Assembly (NCBI GenBank): GCA_964196085.1
Contig: CAXMSI010000002.1
Span: 1-27,857 of the forward strand
Source: an uncultured Acidimicrobiia bacterium
Lineage (GTDB): Bacteria > Actinomycetota > Acidimicrobiia > Spongiisociales > JAENVV01
Length of the DNA stretch: 27,857 nt
Direction of reading: 5' to 3'
Positions 16,164-23,105 of this stretch are shown here, one piece after another. The position numbers were made by a program, and so were the translations under genes. Numbering within the stretch: position 1 is the first letter of the stretch; every line of letters begins with the position of its first letter. A model generated the notes under the pieces. The model saw nothing but the letters and a program-made list of their open reading frames with translations. It did not search any database and was not told the DNA's origin.

Positions 16164-17579
16164 TTGGTCACTACCAACGCACCCGCCACCACCCAAGTAG
16201 CGGGACGAACCGACGCTACAGCCAAGTGGGCGCTCCTTATTGGGGCCTTCCTCCTGGCGGCGGCCACGGCCATCTTGTTCATGGCCTGGACGGTATTCAC
16301 GGTTCCGTCAGAAGGAGCTGGATTCCTCGGCTTTGGTCGCCTCTTTCCAATGGCTACCACGCTCACTGTCTTTGGAGCCTTCGTAGCCCTGAACCTGGGC
16401 GTATTGCTCTTTCTTCTCCCTCGCCTCACCGGTGCATCCACCAATCGTTCCGGCACCCTTGCCGCCTTGTTCTGGCTCAGCACAGTCTCAGCCGTGGTCG
16501 GAACTGGAGTAGTTGGGTTCGGCGGCACCGATGGAAGGCAAGGATTTGAATTGCCGTGGCTCGCAGAACTGCTCCTAGTTCTGGGTGTCGGCGGGATTGC
16601 AGTTATAGCAATCAAGGCCCTTTTTGATCGCAAGGAGGATTCGATCTATCCAACCACCTGGTTCATGGTGGGAGGCTTGCTCTCTTTCATCACGGCAATC
16701 GCTGTCGCTAATCTCCCGATCGCTCGGGGGCCAGGAGCCGGTATCCCAGTAGCCTTTGGCCGGGGCGTAGTGCTTTGGGTTTGGATTTTAGGATTCGCAA
16801 TTGGTGCCATGCTCTACCTCGTACCCAAGGAAAGCGGCCGGCCGCTTTTTAGCCGTCAGGTCGCAATAGGTACCTTTGTGAGCCTCATGATGGCGGGCAT
16901 GTTCTACGGACTGTCCACCACACTCTTCGGACCGCTGCCTGATTGGGCAGAAACCGTCGGGGTTGCCATGGGACTACTGCTGCTGGTGCCTGCTGTCACG
17001 GTTCCCGTCCTCCTCGTCAAAACCCTCGACGGTGCCTTCGATCAACTGCAAACTTCTGTTCCCTTGCGGTTCGCTGTTGCCGGCGTAGTTGCCTTCAGCC
17101 TCGGCGCTGCTGTCTCGGCGATCAGTGGGCTTCGTTCATTCGCTGAACTCCTCGGCCTAACAACCTTCCGAGACGGCACCGAAACACTCCTTGTGTTCGG
17201 GGCAGGCATCCTGCTGACATCAGCCTTCGTGTATCACGCAATACCTCGGCTAACCGGCCGCACCCTCCACTCTGAGCAACTAGCTAAACGACACCTTCAA
17301 TTCACCGTGGTTGGTGCCGGTGGAATCACCGTCCTCTTATGGCTCTCTGGGATCGCGACAGGAAGCACCTGGTTGGCTGGAATCAAGTCCAGCCTGTTCG
17401 CCGCATCAGGAGAAGGCTTCTCAGCTTCCTTAACTGCTTCAGAATGGGCCCATCCGTGGCTCCTACTTTCGGGATTCATCCTCTTTCTTGGACAGCTGAT
17501 ATTTGTGACCAACCTGTACCGGACGCTTATCTCAGGTGATGTTGCCCCGGTAGAGATCGTCACGGAGGTGTCCGAGTGA
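16164..17579 (+). CDS. cbb3-type heme-copper oxidase subunit I (CcoN) homologue lacking the canonical His ligands
   Basis: About 12 TM helices with CcoN scaffold motifs FGRLFP, QGFELPW, IYPTTWF, YLVPKESGRPLFS, LPDWAETVG and YHAIPRL. TTG at 16164 follows AAGGAG (GTG 16131 is an alternative). Confidence 0.85.
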   Translation: MVTTNAPATTQVAGRTDATAKWALLIGAFLLAAATAILFMAWTVFTVPSEGAGFLGFGRLFPMATTLTVFGAFVALNLGVLLFLLPRLTGASTNRSGTLAALFWLSTVSAVVGTGVVGFGGTDGRQGFELPWLAELLLVLGVGGIAVIAIKALFDRKEDSIYPTTWFMVGGLLSFITAIAVANLPIARGPGAGIPVAFGRGVVLWVWILGFAIGAMLYLVPKESGRPLFSRQVAIGTFVSLMMAGMFYGLSTTLFGPLPDWAETVGVAMGLLLLVPAVTVPVLLVKTLDGAFDQLQTSVPLRFAVAGVVAFSLGAAVSAISGLRSFAELLGLTTFRDGTETLLVFGAGILLTSAFVYHAIPRLTGRTLHSEQLAKRHLQFTVVGAGGITVLLWLSGIATGSTWLAGIKSSLFAASGEGFSASLTASEWAHPWLLLSGFILFLGQLIFVTNLYRTLISGDVAPVEIVTEVSE

Positions 17580-18331
17580 GCGACTTCCTTACCGCAGCCG
17601 CCACCAACATCGGTGCTCCAGAAGATCTCGTCAAGCGATCAGCTGATGCGCGATCAGAGGCATCGGGATCCAGCGTTGACGATATCCTTGCCGCCTGGGC
17701 TGGCGGAGCGGCAGCACCCGTGGCCGCCGAATCCCCTGCACCGGACGCTGCTATCGCCCCAGAAGCCAATCCGGCCGAACCAGCTGTGTCCTCAGCGCCC
17801 TCAGCCGCCCCAACAGCGCGGGTGGTCACGGTCAGAGACCCTGAGGCTGCCCCGATACTCGTTGGCCGAAGAGAGAGCCCAAAAGCCATGATCCTCACGC
17901 TCCTCGGCCTACTGGCGTTCGGCGTGCTTGTAGGCGCATGGCTGCCGGCGGTGGCCGCGTCCCAAGAGGCCTCGAACCACGTCACCGCCCAACCTCTGTA
18001 CTCGGCAGATGCTGAACTGGGCCGAGAAATTTACTTGGCTGAGGGCTGCTCGACTTGCCACACTATGTCGGTGCGCTCCCTTGAGGTTGACGCCGGCCTT
18101 GGCCTGATCACCGAGCCCGAAGATATTGCAAACTTTTTTGAATCCGTCGAAGGTGTCCGTCGAATCGGGCCAGATCTGGCTCATATAGGCGAACGTATGG
18201 AAGCTAAAGACATTAAAGCCTTCGTCTCAAACCCAACCTTCGTGCGAGCTGACGCTCACCACCCGCCATACAAGTACTTGTCTGCAGATGAAATTGATGA
18301 CCTGACCACATTCCTCTCGGAGACGAAGTGA
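17576..18331 (+). CDS. CcoO-like mono-heme cytochrome c (cbb3 subunit II homologue) with an N-terminal tag
   Basis: GREIYLAEGCSTCHTMSVR and RRIGPDLAHIG match CcoO; one TM helix; GTGA overlap with the upstream gene. Confidence 0.85.
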   Translation: MSDFLTAAATNIGAPEDLVKRSADARSEASGSSVDDILAAWAGGAAAPVAAESPAPDAAIAPEANPAEPAVSSAPSAAPTARVVTVRDPEAAPILVGRRESPKAMILTLLGLLAFGVLVGAWLPAVAASQEASNHVTAQPLYSADAELGREIYLAEGCSTCHTMSVRSLEVDAGLGLITEPEDIANFFESVEGVRRIGPDLAHIGERMEAKDIKAFVSNPTFVRADAHHPPYKYLSADEIDDLTTFLSETK

Positions 18332-19638
18332 TGAGCGACTTCCTATCCGCTGCCGCTAACAACATTGGGGCACCAGAAGAGCTCGTGCAGCGCTCAGCTG
18401 AAGCGAGAGCAGAAGCTACCGGAGCGTCGGTCGAAGACATCTTGGCCGAGTGGGCGGGCGGCGCAGCTGCATCCTCTCCCCCACAAGCTAAGGCGCCAGA
18501 AGCCGAAGCATTAGCATCAACTCCTGCACCGCCCGCGGAGACTCAGATAGAGCCTGCAGCACCAGTCATCGACATCCCCACCAGTCCAGCCGGCGGGCAA
18601 GTAGTCAGAGCGTTCCTCCCAACTCCGGCCACGGTCACACGAGCAGAGGCCATGGCATTCGACCAGGTCACCACCGTTGCCGCTGCCGGGCTCAAGGAGC
18701 GGACCTCGGTGAGAGTCCCTCGCTGGCTGGTGGCCATCTTTGCTGCAATCCCGATCCTTGCTGGTGGATACCTCATCGTGAACTCCGGTGGGGTTGAATG
18801 TGGACAGGCCGGACAACTGGGTGTTGACTTTGCTGGGAACCTCCAGACATGTGAGCAACGAGCCTACGACTTCACACCTGGCGCCTCTGGCGGGGGCGAA
18901 GGCATCGACCTCGTTGCCGAACTTCAGGCCGGAGCGGGGCTCTATCTTGCTGAGTGCTCCTCTTGCCACACAACGGACGGGTCAGCAGGCGTTGGCCCTC
19001 AGCTCAACGGCGGGGCAGTGCTTGAGACCTGGCCAGCATGCACCGATCATTTCAACTGGGTAGCAAGCGGTAGTGCTGGATGGAGCGAAGCAACTTACGG
19101 AGCTCAAGGTAAGCCAGTTGGCGGCGGCGGGCAAATGCCAGGATTCATCCCCAAGCTCACTAACGATCAGATCACTCAGATCGTGCTCTACGAACGAGTC
19201 ACATTTGGCGGTCAGGACATCAGCGAGGCCGGAGAAGACTGCGGCTACGAACTAGAAGCCCCCGGTGTCGAAGGTGAACCAGTAGCCAGCGGCGTTGACG
19301 CCATCGCTGAGCTCACCGCCGGCAAAGAGATCTACACGGCGCGCTGCCAGGCATGCCACCTTGAAGATGGAAGCCAAGGCGTTGGCCCGGTCCTCAACGG
19401 CGGGGCAGTGCTCGAGACGTTCCCAGCATGCGATGCTCAAGTTGAGTGGGTCGGGCTCGGAAGCGCTGCTTGGCCTGAAGACACGTATGGGGCTCAAGCA
19501 AAGCCAGTTGGCTCGGGGATGCCGGGATTCTTAAGTCAAATCAGTATCGACGAAATCAAACAGGTCGTCTTCTACGAGCGAGTTGCATTCGGTAATGCCG
19601 ACCTCGAACAAGCAGCAGCCGACTGCTTCGGCGCTTAA
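18331..19638 (+). CDS. Membrane-anchored di-heme cytochrome c with two duplicated domains and an N-terminal tag
   Basis: CSSCH...QMPGF and CQACH...GMPGF; one TM helix; start is GTG 18328 or ATG 18331. Confidence 0.9.
   Translation: MSDFLSAAANNIGAPEELVQRSAEARAEATGASVEDILAEWAGGAAASSPPQAKAPEAEALASTPAPPAETQIEPAAPVIDIPTSPAGGQVVRAFLPTPATVTRAEAMAFDQVTTVAAAGLKERTSVRVPRWLVAIFAAIPILAGGYLIVNSGGVECGQAGQLGVDFAGNLQTCEQRAYDFTPGASGGGEGIDLVAELQAGAGLYLAECSSCHTTDGSAGVGPQLNGGAVLETWPACTDHFNWVASGSAGWSEATYGAQGKPVGGGGQMPGFIPKLTNDQITQIVLYERVTFGGQDISEAGEDCGYELEAPGVEGEPVASGVDAIAELTAGKEIYTARCQACHLEDGSQGVGPVLNGGAVLETFPACDAQVEWVGLGSAAWPEDTYGAQAKPVGSGMPGFLSQISIDEIKQVVFYERVAFGNADLEQAAADCFGA
18991..19431 (+). repeat. Internal domain duplication (390-bp offset)
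   Basis: 18991-19041 and 19381-19431 are near-identical and share the exact 20-mer CTCAACGGCGGGGCAGTGCT. Confidence 0.85.
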
Positions 19639-19653
19639 CCCTCAAGGCATCCA

Positions 19654-20460
19654 ATGACGAACTTCATTTCTTTCTTCTCTGACTTTGGGCAACGCGACGA
19701 GGCTGTTGGAGCATGCCACGGTGTCATGGCCAAGCTGGCTCCCGAGGTTCGAATCATTGACGTGAACCATGAAATCCGCAGCGGACAAGTGCGCAACGGT
19801 GCCCTGTCCATGCTCCGTTCAATCCAGTACCTGCCTGAGGGAGTCGCTCTCACGGTGGTGGATCCTGGAGTCGGGACCAAGCGCGCTGCCATTGCGGTAG
19901 AGACCGCATGGGGTTTCTTTGTCGGACCCGACAACGGTGTGCTCTCTCCGGCTGTCGCCATGGTCGGCGGGGCGACAAAAGCCGTCAGCCTCGACAATCC
20001 CGAGATGCAGCTCCCTTCACCCAGCTCAACATTTCATGGCCGCGACATCTTCTCTCCCGCTGCAGCATTGCTCGCGTCAAGCCAGGCCCAGCTGTTGGAG
20101 CTCGGGACCGAGTTAGACCCCAGCTTGCTCATGCCGCTGTTGCTGCCTCTATCAGAAACAAAAGATAATCTCGTCTCAGGAGTCATTTGGTGGCTCGACG
20201 GGTTTGGAAACTCCCAGACCAATATTTCACCCCAAGAGCTCATGAGCCTTGGGGTGGCGATTGGCGATGAGGTGGTCATACGCTTCGGAATCAATGAGCG
20301 CAGAGTGCGTTGGGTTTCAACCTTTGGCGAAGCCACACATAGCGACGTCGTGCTTTTCACAGACTCCGCAGGGATGCTTTCGGTGGCGGTGGTTGGCGGT
20401 AACGCTGCAACCACGCTTCAGCTCGAGGATGACAAACCTATTCAAATCTTCCCGAGCTGA
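19654..20460 (+). CDS. SAM hydrolase / SAM hydroxide adenosyltransferase (DUF62, chlorinase/fluorinase superfamily)
   Basis: Motifs SDFG, VVDPGVGTKR, GPDNG, TFHGRDIF and DGFGN. The Asp-Arg-His triad typical of the hydrolase branch is present. Confidence 0.9.
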   Translation: MTNFISFFSDFGQRDEAVGACHGVMAKLAPEVRIIDVNHEIRSGQVRNGALSMLRSIQYLPEGVALTVVDPGVGTKRAAIAVETAWGFFVGPDNGVLSPAVAMVGGATKAVSLDNPEMQLPSPSSTFHGRDIFSPAAALLASSQAQLLELGTELDPSLLMPLLLPLSETKDNLVSGVIWWLDGFGNSQTNISPQELMSLGVAIGDEVVIRFGINERRVRWVSTFGEATHSDVVLFTDSAGMLSVAVVGGNAATTLQLEDDKPIQIFPS

Positions 20461-20534
20461 TACATCAGAACTGCAGCAGCCGTTCCCACCAGTAACAGCA
20501 GGAAGATTACGACGAAGGTAGTGCCGGGTCTCAC
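20442..20534 (-). CDS. Putative 30-aa single-TM microprotein (MRPGTTFVVIFLLLLVGTAAAVLMYQLGKI)
   Basis: Translated by hand: TAGAAT(20547-20542)-N7-GTG(20534), stop TGA at 20444-20442. It is below the ORF-track size cutoff. Confidence 0.5.
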   Translation of the reverse strand: MRPGTTFVVIFLLLLVGTAAAVLMYQLGKI

Positions 20535-20641
20535 GCAGTCCATTCTACGCAAGATTACCGCCAACCAGCCTCATGTGACAGCCAGAGTTGCCCACCGCTA
20601 TCGGCCAACCACTCGCTCACGTTAGTAACATCATCATCCTG

Positions 20642-20911
20642 ATGGCGCAGACACTTTCTTACTTCACACGGCCTGGTTGCCAACTCTGCGGTGATGCGCT
20701 GCCCCTCGTGATCGAGGTTGCCAAAAAATACGGCTTCCTCCTCCAAGAGATCAATATCGACCCATCTGATGAATTGACCATGACGTATGGGTTGCGAATC
20801 CCCGTCCTGACTACAGCCGACCGAACCGTTCTCGTAGAGGGCATTATTGCGGAGCGGCCCCTGCGCAAGGCATTGCGGAAGGCGGCACGGGCAGCGGGTC
20901 AACAATCCTAG
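20642..20911 (+). CDS. Glutaredoxin-like protein (DUF836 / thioredoxin fold)
   Basis: FTRPGCQLC (CxxC), EINID and YGLRIPVL. Confidence 0.85.
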   Translation: MAQTLSYFTRPGCQLCGDALPLVIEVAKKYGFLLQEINIDPSDELTMTYGLRIPVLTTADRTVLVEGIIAERPLRKALRKAARAAGQQS

Positions 20912-20917
20912 AGCCGG

Positions 20918-20923
20918 TAACCT
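20918..20923 (+). promoter_or_regulatory. -10 element (TAACCT), leaderless promoter
   Basis: TAACCT-N6-ATG(20930). Confidence 0.5.
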
Positions 20924-20929
20924 CCGAGG

Positions 20930-21814
20930 ATGCTCTCCGTAACAGACGTCTTCAAGTCTCTCGACCTTTCCAGCCCGAAGGTGGTGATGTTGATTGGTGG
21001 GGCCGACACGGGCAAGAGCACTTTCGCCCGCGAGTTGCTTGCCTTGGCGGTTGATAATGGGTTTGTGGGTGGCTACGTTGACGCTGACGTAGCGCTGACC
21101 GGCGTTGCTCCCCCAGCATGTGCCGGCCTGCGAATTGTCGACAGTAGCGCTGCCATTGACGACCTTGCCAACGCCGACACCATTCGGTTCGTCGGAGCTA
21201 CATCGCCCAAGCACCTCGTGCTTCAACTGGTAGTCGCAACCGCGTCGCTCGTACAAGAAGCACGAGAGCAGGCAGACTTGATTGTGATTGATACATCCAG
21301 TGTGATCTCGGGTGTCGTAGGAGAGACGCTCAAGTATCACAAGATGGAACTGTGCAAACCCGACCTCATCCTTGGCATTCAGCGCGGCGGAGAGCTCGAA
21401 CCCATCACAGGCATGCTCAACCGTTTCTTCTCGGTTGACATCAAAACCGGGCACCCTCACCCGTCAGTTTCGGTTCCATCTCCCACAGAGCGGGCGGACT
21501 TGGTCCGACGATCGCTTGCCGAGGCTCTCTCTGCTTCATCAGATCGCTGGAGGGTTCGTTCAACCGTGTTCGCCCCCACACTCCCCGCAGGGTTCGACCT
21601 CGCTCGCCTCCACCATATTCTCGTTGGGATCCACGATGGCGCGGGTCAGTGCATGGGCCTTGGCTACCTCGAACACGATAATGACCAACTCAAAGTCGTA
21701 ACGTCATACGGCGAGGGGATGCAAGGCCTCCGGCTGGGCTCATTGAAGGTGGACCCGGCTACCTTCGAAACCGTCTCAGTGGACTTGCGCGAACTCATGT
21801 TTGGCATCAACTAG
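20930..21814 (+). CDS. Clp1/Grc3/Nol9-like polynucleotide 5'-hydroxyl kinase
   Basis: P-loop GGADTGKST, DAD...PP, IVIDT..VISG and LKYHKMELCKPD. Confidence 0.8.
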   Translation: MLSVTDVFKSLDLSSPKVVMLIGGADTGKSTFARELLALAVDNGFVGGYVDADVALTGVAPPACAGLRIVDSSAAIDDLANADTIRFVGATSPKHLVLQLVVATASLVQEAREQADLIVIDTSSVISGVVGETLKYHKMELCKPDLILGIQRGGELEPITGMLNRFFSVDIKTGHPHPSVSVPSPTERADLVRRSLAEALSASSDRWRVRSTVFAPTLPAGFDLARLHHILVGIHDGAGQCMGLGYLEHDNDQLKVVTSYGEGMQGLRLGSLKVDPATFETVSVDLRELMFGIN

Positions 21815-21930
21815 AAAGCGAACCAAAGTCCAAGTTCCCAGGCTTAGTCAACGCAGGGCGCCAAAGCGAACGTTGGGTTGGGGGTCACAAGCCGAGACCC
21901 GAGGTATGCGCGTAGAAGGTTGTGGGTCGA

Positions 21931-21936
21931 TAGAAT
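21931..21936 (+). promoter_or_regulatory. -10 element (TAGAAT), leaderless promoter
   Basis: TAGAAT-N6-ATG(21943). Confidence 0.6.
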
Positions 21937-21942
21937 CGCCCG

Positions 21943-22500
21943 ATGCCCATTGATCGCACCATCATCGCCATACCCGGCAGCCTCCGGAGAGGCTCACTCG
22001 GTCGAGCCTTACTCAACGCCATTTCTGACTCTTTACCCGAGCACGTCAGCATGACCATTCTTGAAGCGGGCGACCTCCCGGTCTATGACGCCGATGTTGT
22101 TACGGAGTGGTCCGACCGGATCAAAGATATCCAAAACACCGTGCAAGCTGCCGACGGGATCATCGTTTCTACGCCCGAGTACAACGGCAGCTACAGCGGG
22201 TACGTGAAGAACACCATTGATTGGCTGAGCTATGGCACCAACCCGTTCCGGGGTAAGCCGTCGGTTGCTGTTGCCGTCGCTGGAGGAGTTGCTGGAGGAG
22301 CCGACGCGGTGAGTCACCTCCTCCCAGTGCTAATGCGCCTTGAGTCTCCGTACATGCCGTCGCCTCGGTTGAACGTGCCCAGCGCTGGGAGTGCTTTCGA
22401 CGATAGCTTACAGCTGACCGATGAGACGGTGCAACGACGAATCGACAGTTTTGTCCCGGCCTTTCTGGCCTGGGTAGAACGGTTTGCCGGGACCGTCTAG
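21943..22500 (+). CDS. NADPH-dependent FMN reductase
   Basis: Motifs GSLRRGS, ADGIIVSTPEYNGSYSGYVKNTIDWLS and GKP. Confidence 0.93.
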   Translation: MPIDRTIIAIPGSLRRGSLGRALLNAISDSLPEHVSMTILEAGDLPVYDADVVTEWSDRIKDIQNTVQAADGIIVSTPEYNGSYSGYVKNTIDWLSYGTNPFRGKPSVAVAVAGGVAGGADAVSHLLPVLMRLESPYMPSPRLNVPSAGSAFDDSLQLTDETVQRRIDSFVPAFLAWVERFAGTV

Positions 22501-22618
22501 CCCTCAGCCTCCGTCAACCTGCCCTCCTCAGAGGTCGCCTCGGAACCCCAACTTGGATTGACGCTCGGTTGGTTGAAGTTGCCGGTGTAGCCAAAGATCC
22601 CGCTATCCTGCCGTCGTC

Positions 22619-23089
22619 ATGAGCGAACCTACCTTCCTTACGCCCGCCGCCCACAAGAAGCTCTCTGATGAGCTCCACCAGCTTGTAGAGGAATGGCGTC
22701 CATTCATCATCGAACGAATCGCCACGGCTCGTGCGCACGGCGATCTGAAAGAGAATGCCGAGTATCACGCTGCCAAGGACGAGCAGGGCATGTACGAAAA
22801 CCGTATTCGTCAGATTCAGGAATTGCTCAGGACCTCAGAGGTTCGAGATGTTGAGATTACTGACACCGTCGAAATCGGCTCTGTAGCTGTTGTTGACGAC
22901 GACGGTTTCGAGATGGAATTCTTTGTAGCTCCAGCTGAGAACAAAGCTGACGGGTTCCTTTTGGCCTCCCCTGACTCCCCCATGGGCTCAGCATTGCTGG
23001 GAGCCAAAGTTGGCGACACGGTGTCTTATGAGGCACCGGGTGGGACGTTCTCCGTCACCATCAAAGCTGTGCGGGCTTTCGAGGGATAG
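22619..23089 (+). CDS. greA: Transcription elongation factor GreA
   Basis: ARAHGDLKENAEYHAAKDEQ and ASPDSPMGSALLGAKVGD..SYEAPGG. Confidence 0.95.
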   Translation: MSEPTFLTPAAHKKLSDELHQLVEEWRPFIIERIATARAHGDLKENAEYHAAKDEQGMYENRIRQIQELLRTSEVRDVEITDTVEIGSVAVVDDDGFEMEFFVAPAENKADGFLLASPDSPMGSALLGAKVGDTVSYEAPGGTFSVTIKAVRAFEG

Positions 23090-23105
23090 GTTTGCTGGGG
23101 TCGAT

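Noticed and set aside
15948-16196. N-terminal extension of the 282-aa ORF 15348..16196
   Set aside because: It runs through the divergent promoter into the opposite-strand gene and is low-complexity Arg/Ser-rich. The hydrophobic protein begins at ATG 15947.
19654-20460. Fluorinase/chlorinase (halogenase) interpretation
   Set aside because: The Asp-Arg-His triad motifs of the common SAM hydrolase branch are present, and there is no biosynthetic cluster context.
20555-21460. 301-aa minus-strand ORF
   Set aside because: Antisense shadow of the glutaredoxin-like and Clp1-like genes, with no motifs.
21815-21930. Possible ncRNA in the intergenic gap (AAAGCGAAC twice, GGGTC/GACCC mini-stem)
   Set aside because: There is no SRP, tmRNA, 6C or riboswitch signature I can recognise, and the short repeats could be chance. 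An Rfam/Infernal scan would settle it.
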